Source: Eledone cirrhosa
Lineage: Eukaryota
Direction: 5' to 3'
Assembly (NCBI GenBank): GCA_964016885.1
Contig: OZ024740.1
Coordinates: 157,728,001 to 157,792,000 of the forward strand
DNA: 64,000 nt
Positions 30,164 to 44,679 of this stretch are shown one piece after another. Position 1 is the first letter of the stretch, and the number at the start of each line of letters is the position of its first letter. Under the pieces are notes generated by a model. The model had not been told where the DNA came from, ran no database searches, and was given only the letters and a program-made list of their open reading frames with translations. The translations under genes were made by a program, and so were the position numbers.

Positions 30164-30745
30164 GATTTCTAGTATAGGCACAAGGCCAGTAATTTGGGAC
30201 GGAGGGGAAAGTCGATTAAATCGACGCCAGTACATTACTGGTGCTTTATTTTATCGACCTCGTAAGGATGAAAGGCAAGGTTCACCTCGGCAGGATTTAA
30301 CTTAGACCGTAGAGGACCGTAACTCTATGCTGCAAAGCATAGTGTCCGACTCTCTACCGATACTGCCAATCTACCGCCCTGATTTTGCGTGTAATAATAA
30401 TTGTTTTTACTTTTGGCATAAGACCAGCAATTACCCAGAACATTACTGGTACTTTATTTTAACGACCCCGTAAGGATAAACGGTAAAGTTAACCCCGGCG
30501 GGATTTAAACTCAGTCCGTAAAGGGACGTAACTATGCTGCAAAACATGGCGTCCGGCCCTCTACCGATACTGCCAATCAACCACCCTAAAACATAATTCC
30601 AGCATAGACACAAGACCATAAATTAGGGGTAGGAGTCAGTTGATCCTAATTTTTAACTGGTAGTTTAATTTATCGATCTTGTGAGGATGAAAGAGAAGGT
30701 TGAGCTAAATGCAGAATGAATTCAGAACGTAAAAAGACAGATACA
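30164..30745 (-). mobile_element. Three tandem SINE family A copies
   Basis: Copies at 30164-30381, 30399-30588 and about 30595-30745. The first is flanked by a 17-bp TSD ATTTTGCGTGTAATAAT (30147-30163, 30382-30398). Confidence 0.85.
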
Positions 30746-32685
30746 GCATATCATTTCTAGAACATTCTAATCCTTTCATTTATCTACCAACAAAAGGTTA
30801 GAAAAGGCAACAATATACATGTGCATATACACATCATTTTGGGGAGGTAAATATGGAAAAGAATATCTGAAAACATTAAGAATTAGACAATATACAGAAA
30901 TAAATAGATAATCTATTAATATAAATACAAATAAAAACAAGAAATAAGAAGTAAGAGCTGGAATGGCTCTTCCAACGCATCTCCCTTACCATCCTCCAGG
31001 GCTGTGGGGGAAGCCAGCACGTGGGACCCCATTTGCTCACCATACAGAGAGATGGGGAGGGCGAGAGAGATGGAGGTGGTGACAGTGGGAGTTAGACTCT
31101 TCCGTGTTCGGACCATATCCTTGTGGTTGTGTTTAGCATAGTGAAGTAAGAGTAACCCCTTTTTCAGGTGAGAAGCCACTAGCTGGGATGGATCAGGGCA
31201 CAATACGACCCTAGCAACATTTTACTCCGAGTACCGAAACCTATCAATTTTAATAGTACCCATGAGTATCTTAGGAGTTAAGTTAGTATTCTACTTGGTC
31301 CTCTTTTTTTTTGTTCGAACATATCTGATGACTCCCAGCGTTGTTTTCATCAACAATATAACATTCAAGTAGTCTACCAAATCAGACACCATCTTCCCAA
31401 TGAGCAAATTGTTGCTTTCTTCTTCAGTCGGATTGTTCATTATCCCCATAAGACCATCGTTAGGAATTCAAAGAAATATGAATTTCATACAGCCTTTGTG
31501 AGAGATTCACATCTCATGTGATTGGTGTTTGGCTTCGGGTTTGACTAGGTCTTTTTTTTTCTGTTTTCTTTCTTTCTTTCTTTTATTATTATTTTTATTT
31601 TTTTGCTGTGCCCCATACTTTCTCATCTCCCGCTTTTGATATTTCCCCCATTGTGATGCGACGATGAGGAGATACAACTGACTGTGACCTCTGACCGGCT
31701 TTGTACAGGAACAGCTTCCTCCTCCCAGCTTGCTTCAACAACAACAGCAATAATAATAAATCTCTACTTAGGTATAAAGCCAGAGAACAATCAATTCTAT
31801 TGACTTGAATGGTAGTTTATATTACCAACCTCGTAATAATAATAGGCAAAGTCAATCCAGTGGGATCTGAATTCAGATAGCAAACTGATTTGACTCAATT
31901 GATGAATAGCGGTTTAAGATGACTGGTGAGTTGGGTGATGGTATGTCTATACTTATATTAAAGTCGACTAGGATGGTGGGTTGGCAGTATCGGTAGAGCG
32001 CCGGACAACTTGCGTTACAGCCCTTTACGTTCTGAGTTCAAATCCCGCCGAGGTTATCTTTGTCTTTCATCCTTATGGGGTCGATAAAAACAAGCGCCAG
32101 TAATTGCTGGCCTTGTGTCTATAGTAAAAATCCTTATATCAAAGTCGGCTCCTTTGGTGGTAAATGTTATCCGTCGCCAGATTTAACACCACCATTCAAA
32201 ATACTGCTGCAAGTATTTAGATTAAGACTGATTGGGAATACTTTCTGCCCTCCTTCCTACAATTTTGATGGCCTTCAAACTTGTTATGTGCACTATCCTC
32301 CGATCCCAGTAAAAAACAACAAAATGTGTCCTGACCATTCTGCTATTCTCTCTAACTTTATATTCAACAATTTTAAAGACGGTTGGATAATAGTTGAGGA
32401 AGATTTAGCTGCAATTTCTTGCAGAACAAGCGATATCATGCAGGGCTCTTTGAAAGTAGCTCATGGTTGGTGGTAGTGGTGATGATAATGGTTGTTTTTA
32501 TTTGATAGGCATTGTATGTATGTATGTTTGAGCATACAAGCATATATCTGTGTAGATCGATATATAGATAAATAGATAATATTGTGCCCATGTGTATTTG
32601 GAGCATATAGATCCAGTCAGCCATTCATACATTCATACATATATGCACATGCAGGAAACACACACACACACACACACATACTTAC

Positions 32686-32743
<58 letters not shown>

Positions 32744-32745
32744 CT

Positions 32746-32790
<45 letters not shown>

Positions 32791-32965
32791 CTTACATATA
32801 TATATATATGTATATATATATGTATATATATGTATACTTAAATACGCGTGTCTGTTTATATATTTGATGTAATGTATACAATTGGTGGTGCCTAACTCTT
32901 TTGTGTCTAGTGGAGGAGTCCATATCTATATGCGCCTGTGTTTGCGTATATGTATATGTGTATAA

Positions 32966-33021
<56 letters not shown>

Positions 33022-33026
<5 letters not shown>

Positions 33027-33144
33027 AACGAGTAGGACCCCGACGGCTGAGCTCAAGCCGTTTCGACGGCTAATTCTGGACTAGCCGTCGAATTAGCCGT
33101 CGAAATGGCTTGAGCTCAACCGTCGGGGTCCTACTCGTTCCTAT
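33022..33144. repeat. Foldback of a hammerhead 3' half (family shared with 19957-20050 and 49608-49702)
   Basis: AGGAACGAGTAGGACCCCGACGGCTGAGCTCAAGCCGTTTCGACGGCTAATTC and its inverted copy. Confidence 0.85.
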
Positions 33145-33298
33145 TACCCACTCTACTACCCTAAATATTGAGTACTTTGGTGCGTTATGGTCCATCTGGT
33201 TCCTTACCACATTTCCTTCGTTATATATATATGAGCTTCCAACCGACATGGTCGCATTCTTTAAGGGTATGTCAATATTTGTTTATAAAACTGATCTA

Positions 33299-33474
33299 GG
33301 CAGTATCGGTAGAGGGTTGGACGCCATGTTTTCTAACATAGTTACGTCCCTTTACAGTCTGAGTTCAAATACCGCCGAGGTTAACTTTGCCTTTCATCCT
33401 TACGGGGTCGATAAAATAAAGTAGCAGTAATGTACTGGGTAATTGCTGGCCTTGTGCCTAAAGTAGAAACAATT
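33299..33474 (+). mobile_element. SINE family A nested in a hammerhead element
   Basis: It interrupts AAAACTGATCTA|TATTTTATCTGATGA, which is nearly contiguous at 44972-45003. Confidence 0.85.
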
Positions 33475-33475
33475 A

Positions 33476-33540
33476 TATTTTATCTGATGAAAGCGCACCA
33501 TAATTTGCTTTGGTGTCCTTGAAATATGTATAATGAAATA
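33476..33540 (+). ncRNA. Type I hammerhead ribozyme, intact
   Basis: UAUUUUAU-CUGAUGA-AAGCGCACCA..UGGUGUCCUU-GAAA-UAUGUA-UA-AUGAAAUA. Predicted cleavage 33532/33533. Confidence 0.8.
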
Positions 33541-34639
33541 AATATCGTTTTATAAATATAGTTTCCATTTGTTAATATACTATATATATATATATATATA
33601 TATATACATGTTTCACTGATTTTTCGTTTTCCATTCTCTCTCACTCTATATATATATATATGAATTCGTGTGTATATATTTTGTTTTCGTTTGGTTTTCT
33701 TTTCTTTTTGTTTGTTATGCTGGAAGTGTTGCTAGACCTTTGGTTAAAGAAGTATTGAATAATGAACGCTGCGACCTAGGAGTCTAATACAATCAGTTCC
33801 TTGCTTATCTCAATCACTGAACAACTTCTGCTAAGGTCTAGCGAGTGATTGCCTTACTCTAGACATCCTCCCCTCTCTCTCTCTCTATCTATATCTATAT
33901 CTATCTATATATATATATATATATAGTAGATAGATAGATAGATAGATAAATAGATAGAAAGATGGATATATATATATATATCACGCTCTCTCTGTCTCTC
34001 TCTCTCTGTATCTCTCTTCCAGTATCTCTCTCCCTGCATCTCCTCCCCCCTCTCTCTCTCTATATATATATATATTTATATATATCATCACACATCTTAC
34101 TTTATTATCTCCCCTCTTTCTCTCTCTCCCTGTCTCTCTATCTATCGCCTTTCCCTCTTACATATGTATATTATATCTGGTCGTTTATTTTATCTGTCTG
34201 ACTATTTATTCATTCAATCAATCATTTCTATCCTAACTTTGAATCTATCTATTCAACCATCGATCCAACCATTGAAGCATCCATCCATTGATTCATCGAT
34301 CCATCGATCTATCAAATCTGTCTCTTTATCTATATCGTTCTTCCTTTTTGTCTAGTTGGATCTTTGAATTATGACCACAAACGATAGTATATTCAATGCA
34401 TATGTATAACAAGCGATAGCATTCATTTACTTCCAACACCCACACACACCCACACCCCACACATACACACACACAAACTCACATGCACACACACACAGCT
34501 ACATAGACATGCACACACAAACTCACAAAGAAGTGGGAAAGTATATTCATATACATTTATGCATCACACACAAATAGACACACGCTCTTACTATTTACTT
34601 TCAATGAAGATTTCTTTACAGCATGGGATTGAAAACTAC

Positions 34640-34670
<31 letters not shown>

Positions 34671-35224
34671 TCTCTCTCACATACACACACACGTGTACAC
34701 AGAGACATACACACACACTTTCATACAGTTGCCACCCTTTTCCAGCGTGACTGATGTTTTACACGAAATCTATATTCCTTCTTTATAGCATATATATATT
34801 CCTTCTTTATAGCATATATACTCCACCTTTACATTACGTCCACTTTAGATTATATAAACATTCTAAACTGTGTATGATACTTTACTGTGTCTCTGATGAT
34901 CTCTAGATGTGTCACAAAAATGTCACATCTGATCAAGGTTTACGACTATTTTGGAAGTAACGTATATTTGAGATCTAATAATCCTGCGGAGAATTTGACT
35001 TTTAAATTATTCAACAAAGAAAGAAAAAAATTATAAATACCATAATTATAGATGATTATACGGTTACAATTTAAGATAGATAGTTTAATGTATATTAATT
35101 CTTGTGACTCATGATAGGTGGAATGACATTTATTATTTAGTTCATTAATTTCTTTTCGCCAGTAAAACCTAATTTGTGTGTCGTGAAAAATCGAATTTTT
35201 TAAAAACGTTTCACTAATGTGAAA

Positions 35225-37540
35225 GGTGTAATCTCGCCTCACGCTGTAGAGACAGGAGATCGATTGCTCCAGTCGAAAACAGCCCTCACCCACTGTATTT
35301 TCCGCGCTAACTTGTTCTCTCATGCCCGCGATCATTTCTTCTTAGCCAGTCTGTTCGCCCCGAGGAAGAATAACGGAGGCGTCCGCCTCATCACAATGGG
35401 CAACGTCTTCCGACAACTTGCAGTCAAGATAGCTTGCAAGTCAGTCAAAGACGACCGGAGTGAGGTGCTAAGCCCTGTCCAGCTCGGTGTGGGAATCAAG
35501 TGCAGATGTAAGGCTGCAGCTCATGTGGCCAGACATTTTATAGAGCACGTGTTTCCTTCGTCACCCCACCTCCTTGTGAAGTTGGACATGAGAAACATCT
35601 TCAACAGCGTTTGGCAGGATCACGTCCTAGAGACGCGTCTCGGGCCTTCCCCCTCCATTTACCCTCTCACACACTTCTCGAACAGAAGACCCAGCTTTCT
35701 CATTACCACTGACAACAGGGTTACTTCCTCTACGACTATCTAGCAACGAAACACATTCGGCCCACTCCTCTTTATGCTTGCAGATGACGACGTTGACCAC
35801 TCGGTCCGGGCGCCCATCAAAGTTTGGGACCTGGACGACGTGACCCTGGGTGGCTCGGCTGAGACAGTAGTTGAGGACCTTTGGCTAATTATCCCAACTC
35901 TAAAGTTCTTCAGACGCGAGATCAACCCATTCAAATCCGAGGTGATAAACGCTAGCTACGGAGAGGTCGAATTCTATCCTTTCTTGTTCGGGGCTTGGCT
36001 AACACCCAAAGACGCCGCCTGCATTTTTAGCTCTCCAATTCTCTCGAAAGCCATAAGAGAGTGCCTGTAGATCAAGCTCGCAGACCTGTTCCGAATGGCA
36101 GAGAAGCTGCGTCTCATTGACGCTCACCCGGCGCTCTTCCTTTGAGGAACTAATTCACTCTCCCCAAATTCTTATTCACGCTGCGCGGTGCACCTTGTCA
36201 ACTCCACGCAGATCATCTTGGTGAACTCGACGCCACCATCCGACGCTGTGCAGAACTCATCTGCAATGTCAGTTTCGACAGCATGGGCTGGCAACAGGCG
36301 AAGCTCCCAGCGAGGTTCGGTGGCATCAACTTCCGATCCGCTTCAGATCTGGTACTACCGGCCTACATTTCCTCTATCTCCCCTTGTCGCACTCTCGTCA
36401 GCAAGGTCTTCAGCAAGACGGCCGAATCTGAGTGACCTCAGAGCTTGAACAGGCTCTGGCCGACTGGAGAGGGGAAGGACTCTCTGTCCCCCAGTATAGA
36501 AATATCCAAATGTCCAACGTAACTGGGGTAACATCAAATGCTAGTTTTCCTTCAGACGGATCGAGTCTGGCGGCTTGGAACAACACCGCCTCCCCTGCCT
36601 CCAGTCTGCATCGCGGCCAAATCCCGATGCATGGCTCAATGCTGTGCCCTCCTCATCAACCGGCACCTCGTTGATGGCGAATGCACTGGCATCGGAGTGG
36701 CCGAACGGCTTTTGCGAGTGTGAACCAAACAAATTCCATTGTAGAGCTGTCGTTGACAAGTTTGGCCTTCCCCCATGTCATGCTGCCAGAGGACAGACCG
36801 GTTCCCCCGTCGTGCCGCTCTCAACGACATATTGAGAAGGAGCCTAGATGCAGCTGACTTCCTATCACAACTGGAGCCAGCAGACCTCGACCGCAGAGAC
36901 GGCAAGCGCCCCGACGGAATTGCCCTCTTCCCATTCGAACGAGGTGTATCCTTCATCTGGGGCTTCACATGTTGTGACACGTTCTCCGCCTCTAAATTAT
37001 GCTCTTCGGCCACAAACCCGGATACTGCATCGCGCAATGCACAGAACAGGAAGACAAAAAAATATGAGGATTGTCCGGCCGCGTCTTCTTCACACCGGTT
37101 GTTGTCGAGACCTCAGACACCTTCAGACCTCGTACTGCCGAGCTCCTCCACAGGATCGGCACCTCAGCAGTCCGTCAGTGGAAGGAGCCCAGCAAGGTGG
37201 GGTGGCTGCTGCAGTGGGTGTCACTGGCCATTATCCGCAGAACTGCCTTTGCAGTTTTCTCCGCGGGGCACAGTTCCAACAATACTGCGCCCTAGGCCCA
37301 ATGCCCATAACCCTCTCCCCTTATCCCTCCTTTTTCTGTGGCCTTAGAGTCCTTGCTTTTTCCATCCTTTTCCTCTCTTTTATGGCATTTATAGTCCTTC
37401 CTCTACTTTCCCATACAACCATATCTGGCCATCTTTACCACTTCTCCCTCTTCTCATTACTTAATTTTGTTTTTAATCTATCTTTTTCATATTTATCTAA
37501 CCATCAATGGTTTTTAAGCCATCTTTATGAATAAAAGTCT
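35225..37540 (+). mobile_element. CRE-clade non-LTR retrotransposon (RT + RLE), 5'-truncated, disrupted
   Basis: GGVRLITMGNVFRQL, QLGVG, LVKLDMRNIFNSV, GPLLF, WDLDDVTLGG. RLE region LNDILRRSL..EP..DGKRPDG..PF..G..WGFTC.DT..KTKKY..PVVVET. Stops and frameshifts present; AATAAA near 37530. Confidence 0.85.
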
Positions 37541-38759
37541 CATGTTTGATAAGAAAAAAATTAATCGCTTAAAATTCTGCCAGCGAAGAAAACTCCGGAT
37601 GAAGTTTTTTTATCTACCATATGCACTAGCTATTGCCCCTCATATCATCATCTTGGGTGCCATTTCTACAGTGTGGAATATGTCTTTATGGTTTAACCAT
37701 TTAATAGGTGTTCTACAAATATGACAAAGATATACCATACTTTCATCGATTTACTGTTCAAGGTTTATACTGGTAGTGAAATGTCTTCATACAATTAAAC
37801 AGATTACTGGTGTCACCTGGTATGATATTTAATTATTTAATTATTTATTTTGTTTAAATTCTTTGGTAGTACACTAATTAGTTACTTAATTATTGTGCCG
37901 TGAAAGATTTAATTTTTAAAACGTGTGTCAGCAATGTGGGCAGTTTGGAAAGCTCTGTTGTAAATATCTCTCATTTATTTTAACTTAACTATTTAGTCAA
38001 AGAAGAAAGGGTGGTGACAATGACCCTATTCATGACATTCGAAACTTGAAGGGAAAAAAACTGGAGATCTGGCTATGTAGTGGCGTTAAACCAGGCAAAG
38101 GATTAATCTATGAAGTGTCTCTGTGTCAATTAGTCTTTTGAAATTAATGAAACTTCAGATGTTTTCTTTGCTCTATTATTGATACCGTTATGGAATTGTC
38201 TTTGAAGGGTATAACCGGCTTTTGTACACGTTTCTACAGATTTTCTAGTTACCACTGACCACGTCACAATTAGGAAATTCTGTCATCTGATATACCCACA
38301 AGCATGGCTGATCAATAAAAGTACATGCAACTGAATAATTGTTAATTACAATATCAGCTTAATTATATTTTACTCCTCTGTATATCCTTATTAGTGTATA
38401 TCAGAAAAGAAATCGATTAGCAGTACCAAAATAGCTATGCAGCACGTAGTTACGGTCCTTGACATTCAGAGTTCAAATCTCGCCGAGATTATCTTTACTT
38501 TTCATCCTTACGGCGTCGATAAAATAAAATACCAGTAACGCAATGGTGTCGATTAAATCGATTTTCACCTCCTCCCAAATATTGGCCTTGAGCCTAAATC
38601 AGAAACGACTATTATAAAGGACGGTGGGTTGGTAGTATTGGTAGAGTTTTGTACAAAATGTTTTGCAACAAATATTTACGGTGGCTTACGTTCTGCGTTC
38701 AAATTTTACGCCCTCAAGCGTCTTTTTTTTAAATAGAGACAATATGCCCCCAATTTACA

Positions 38760-39485
38760 ACCAAAGCAGCAGTTCTGTGAGTCGAAGCGTAGTAACGTTG
38801 ATGAGGAAAGACAAGAACGCGAAGGACGTTTTAGATGACTCCACGCTCATAACTCTGCTAAACACAGAGTTTAAGATTTTGGCCAAGGTGCTAGCAAAGA
38901 GGCTGGTGCTTGGCCTTGTAAGAGAGGTGTAGACGTGCGCAATCCCGACAAGGTTCATGACAAGAACCTCCCCCTTGTGTGATACATCAGAGAGGGAGAG
39001 AGGGTAAACTTTGATTCGGTGGGGCTCTGATCCATTTGGACGAATCTAAGGCAGCCGGCTTCGGTCACGTCTTCAGAGGCTGGGTCGCTGTAATGCATAG
39101 CGGCACCTGCTCGGTGCTCAAGTAATTTCCCACCTATTGGAACTGTTTCGGACTGTGCGCTCGGTCCGTCAACGATGTCCTTACTCTTCCCTTCTGAACG
39201 TAGTAACTCTCGAGCCATTACTGCGAAAGCTGGAGCTGTTGCAGGGTATCCCGCTCGAACCGGAGCTTGGAAGGGCTGCGTCGGCATACTCGGCTGATGT
39301 CACCATGATGGTGTCGAATACCTCGAAATGGAGGTGGTCGGCAACTTCTTACAGGAATATGAATATTTGAGGGGAGAAAAAATCAACGCGGAAAAGTCGG
39401 TGGGTTTCCAGCTCAGCACCTGGAGAGGCAAAATCCATGCCGTTCAACAACGTCGTCGGACGCTGGTCGGACGGACCGGTCGAGA
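38760..39485 (+). mobile_element. Tx1/L1-like RT fragment
   Basis: ITLLNTEFKILAKVLAKRL, SVRQRCPYSSLL, AYSADVT. Homologous to 60100-60840. Confidence 0.8.
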
Positions 39486-39862
39486 TGTCTGTATACATTA
39501 TTTTGCTTGATTGTGTTGTATCATTTCACGTTTGGCAGTAACTTTAGTGTTTATTTTACTTGTTGCATAATACACAGCATGGCAGTATAACTAAGAACTT
39601 CGTTTCACAAACCTAAATCCTGAGTTCGATTCTACAGCGTGGCATCTTGACAAACATCTTTCACTATAAACTCGAATCGGCCCTAGCCTTTTCAGTGGAA
39701 ACAAAAACTGTAAGGCAATTCGGTTCATCAAACAACCGATATATTCATCGTCTAAACCACCGCAGATCCACTCTTCTTTGACTTATATCACGTGATGAAT
39801 TCTCCCTCCAGAGAAATATTCACTTTATAACGATCAGGTCAGGAAACAGTTCACAAAATCAG

Positions 39863-39957
39863 GGGTCTCCTTGATGAGTCGACAGCCTCACAGCGTTGGT
39901 GCACTTTTCTAGTGCACCAGTACTACCCACCAGTCGATGAAACTGCAGTAGGGACTT
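39863..39957 (+). ncRNA. Hammerhead with a one-nucleotide core insertion and branched helix II
   Basis: GGGUCUC-CUUGAUGA-GUCGAC...GUCGAU-GAAAC-UGCA-GUA-GGGACUU, with internal hairpin UGGUGCACU/AGUGCACCA. Confidence 0.65.
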
Positions 39958-40089
39958 TTAAGAAAAAATAGGTAATTCTTTGTATACTCTTTCCTCGCAT
40001 TTATAATGTGATTTATATATATATATATTTAGGTTTGTTGGTTCACCACTGGATAGAATTGGTCATTCCGTATGGTCAATCTTGATGTA

Positions 40090-40590
40090 ATATTATGGAG
40101 AGTACTCAACGTAATATATATAAGAAACGCCAAGGGTAAATCGTGTGACAAACCTGGGCTTCGCTACTTGCAATGTGCAGAGGAGAGGAAGATAGTTAAA
40201 TACTGGAAATCGACCACTTCCTCTGTTGTCCTTGGTCCTCGCACTGCTGATTTCCTCCGCAAAATTGGAAGGATAGCGACCCGCTTGAAGAAGGAGCCCC
40301 ATGAGGTGGGGTGACTGTTGCAGCGGATGTCTCTAGCCATTCTCCGCGGTAACCTCTTTATCATTTCATCCGCAGGACGGGGCTGTGGCACCGCTCTGAC
40401 TGGGGCCTTGTGTCTGTCCCCTCCTCTCTCTCTTTCTTTCGCTGCTTGATTCTTTTTTTTCTTTTTCTTCTTTTCATTTCCGCTTTTTCTTTCTCTTTTG
40501 TTCCCTTTAAAAGTGTTTTTTTTTTTTGTATAAACAGCTTTTAAAATTTGTAATGTTATAGTTTTCAATAAAGAGCTAACTAACTAACTA
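40090..40590 (+). mobile_element. CRE-like 3' fragment
   Basis: AEERKIVKY..LGPRTADFLRKIG..LLQRMSLAILRGN, homologous to 37040-37260. AATAAA is followed by (CTAA)n. Confidence 0.7.
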
Positions 40591-40599
40591 TATATATGT

Positions 40600-40701
<102 letters not shown>

Positions 40702-40710
40702 GAGAGAGGG

Positions 40711-40741
<31 letters not shown>

Positions 40742-41449
40742 GAGAGAGAGGGAGAGAGAGAGAGAGAGAAGTCTGTGTGTGTGAACATAAAATTAATTAC
40801 ACATATATATATATGTATGATAATATATGTGTGTGTATGTGTGCGTGTGTGTGTATGTTCGTGTGTGTGCTTATGTTATTTGTTAATTATCTACTACTTC
40901 TTGTTTATTATCCTTCTAAGAACAGCGGTACTTTGAGAGTGTTGGTATTAGGGGTGGCGGTGGTGGTCAAGGTGGTGCTTATGGTAGTGGTTGCGGTGGT
41001 GGTGATGGTGGTGGTGGTGACCGAATGGTGGTGGTGGTGGTAGTGGTTGCGGTGGTGGTGGTGGTGGTGGTGGTGGTGGTGGTAGTTGGGCTGAAGTAAA
41101 CAGTGTCAGCCAGGTCGGTCACTGAACTAGAAGAGCCGAGAATAAAACAACTCAGATATATGATACATAATTTTATATATTTTTATTAATATAGACAGAG
41201 TTGGCTTTTAACAGAAACAAGACTCTCTTATTGGAATTTAGACACCAACTAGGTAAATATGTACGTGTGTGTGTGTGTGTGTGCAGGTATGGTTGTTTAT
41301 GTTTGTGTGGATGCGGATGTTTTGAGTTGTACGTGTGCATGTGCATATGCTTTGTATCTGTACATATGTATGTGCCATTATTACATACAGAATTTTTAGA
41401 ATGTTTTACAAATTTTTACTGTTCCATTAATGTAATTTCCTAACTAGTT

Positions 41450-42520
41450 TTTTTCTGTTTCTGTGAAGCTCGGCTTCTCAAGATTTGAGGCAGTTACTAA
41501 CATATCCCAGTGCCCCAATAATCACAGATGTAAATCTGAAGGTATAGTCAGAGGGGAGTATCTGCAGATTCTCATTAGTTCTGCATAGATATTATCCTTA
41601 ATCTAATCTTTAATATATTGGCATCTGCTGGGCAGCTAACTTCCACTACTGTGCATGCCTTCTTTTCCATGTCTCATATCATTATATCAGGTCTGTTATG
41701 CTTGCGTCTTATTGGAGTTTTGACTGGAACATTCCACCAGTACTCTTTCATATTATATGTATGTCTTCCACATTGCTGTAACTTTAAATACGTTTGTTGC
41801 AAGGGCTATCTTTTCTATGGATTGCATTGTACAGTGTTTTGTTTACTACATCATGCGTCATAGGTAAATAGTACCGTGATGACATGAGTGACATCATCGA
41901 TGTTAATTCTGCAGATTCTGCATTTGTTGTCACGTCTAGGTGTTTTGCCTGCATCCCTATCTCTTTTGTGAATCAGGTATTTTGTATTGATTTCCTGTTC
42001 TTGGATTTCAAAACCATATCCTTCAAATATAGCCAATATAGCGGTTGTTGGTCCAAGATAAACTACCTTGCTTATCTATATTACACTCAATCTGGAGTCT
42101 CTTGGCAACATATCCACGCATGATATTTTGCTGATAAGCATGCAGTTTTTCGTCCATGGATTCACTGCTGTATTGCTGGGCAATTTCCCTGTGTGTGAGT
42201 TTTTTTATTATCATGCAGGGAGTATCTTTCAAGGAGTTCCTTCCCAACTCTCATGATCTTATCTGTCTCGTGCAGATAGACTTGCTCAATAAATGGGCTT
42301 CTATACTTGGAGGTTAGTAGATGTTGTTGGAAGGATATGATGCAACATTCAAATACTGTCTGGACCTCTGCCTCCCTGCTTCCGTTTCAAGCAGAGGCGG
42401 TCTATGTCACTGTCGATGTGGAAGTTTCCGGTGTTGTTTAGGATTTTGGGGGTTTTAACATCAATAGCTCGGATTTCATCTGTCGTCCAATCGAGTTAGA
42501 CCATTGATGAAAATGTTGCT
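41450..42520 (-). mobile_element. RLE-type (R4/Dong/NeSL-like) LINE 3' fragment, degraded
   Basis: QEQEINTK..CRICRINIDDVTHVI, MRHDVV, WWNVPVKT...HNRPDI..VVEVSCP. Confidence 0.75.
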
Positions 42521-43466
42521 AGATTGGCTTTTAGGCTGTCTCCACTTTACAATCATATATAAACATTTATCTTGGCCCAAACTCCATTCCTATATTCTTT
42601 GAGAACGTCTTAAACAGATCAAGGTATTTCTTCATTTCATTTATGTTTTTGTATAGTCTCGGGTCTGTATTTATGTCCTCTTGTGAGCCTATGGCTCATT
42701 AAAATTGCTAAGGTAAAATTCTACCGTTCTCACACTTTTCTCAATTCTTTTGTCATATGTCTCTAATCCCTATTACCTTGGCACTTATAATCTCACACAC
42801 ATTGTCGGGCTTCCAAATAATTAAAATTATTTTTTTTTTCCCAGTTATTTGTATTTTTTTAATTCCACAATGCTTCAAGCAAACTACAACATTTTGTTAT
42901 TTATTCTATGTTTATTTTTTTGTTTTCGGTTATAATATTCCACCCTACTCCCATTCACAGTTATATCCTCTTCCCCCCACATAACTTTAATGGTTTGGTG
43001 GGATCACTGGGTTGGGAGAATATGGCTGTCGCTATAACTATAACAACCACAGCCTGACAGAGAGGAACGGGGACCGGCTACTTGTAAAATTCGTTCCTAC
43101 TTAAATGCACACATGCACTTGATAAGACAATGATAGTTTTCTTCCATATTTTCTTTACTCGTTATCAAACATGTCCACTAGATTACGATAACTTTATTCT
43201 AACTATCTACTCCTCTACTTACTTAGATGACTTGCTAGTTTCGACATTTGGCGGTTGTGGCGTAGGACATGGACTGACTCGCATATCCGCCACAGCGCTA
43301 GGGGTTCATACAGGAGTCGGCTGGCATAGAAACAACACCAACACATTCTGCCATCCACTGAATCACGAAATGAAAACATTTTTTTCGAGGAAGATTTTGT
43401 AATCTTTTGGGGGAATTTTTTAAAATATTTTTAGGTTTTTCAAGTTGTGCGAAATTATTTTAAAGT

Positions 43467-43559
43467 TTTCTATACCGTTTGACAAGCTCAGGCTATAAGA
43501 ATTGGTAGAATGAAAACTATCTAGCCGTATCCCTTGGCGAAATATGTATCACGGAGAAA
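43467..43559 (+). ncRNA. Hammerhead with U3-A8 variant core
   Basis: UUUCU..CCGU-UUGACAA-GC...GC-GAAA-UAUGUA-UC-ACGG-AGAAA. Predicted cleavage 43550/43551. Confidence 0.6.
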
Positions 43560-43860
43560 GAAATTGACGGCTGAGAGAAAAGAGTACTCAATACCGAAGT
43601 AGAGATTTTATATTCATTTTATTAAGGCTAAATATATTTATATGTGAAGGCGCATGGCTTAGTGGTTAGAGCTTTGGGCTGGTGCCAAGCTCTATCGGCC
43701 TTTGCCTTTCTCTTGGACAATATCAGTGGCATGGAGAAGGGAGACTGGTATGCATGAGTGACAGCTGGTCTTCCACAAACAACCTTCCCCGGACTTGTGC
43801 CTCGGAGGGAAACTTTCTAGGTGCAAATCCCTTTGCACCTATATATATATATATATATAT

Positions 43861-44574
<714 letters not shown>

Positions 44575-44614
44575 TAACAAATTATTTCATTATACATATT
44601 TCATTATACGAATT

Positions 44615-44679
44615 TATTTCATTATACATATTTCAAGGACACCAAAGCAAATTATGGTGCGCTTTCATCAGATAAAATA
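44615..44679 (-). ncRNA. Type I hammerhead ribozyme, intact
   Basis: Reverse complement of 33476-33540. Confidence 0.8.

Noticed and set aside
34885-34945. CUGAUGA followed by an AGAUGUG/CACAUCU stem
   Set aside because: No GAAA or NUH, so it cannot be called a hammerhead.
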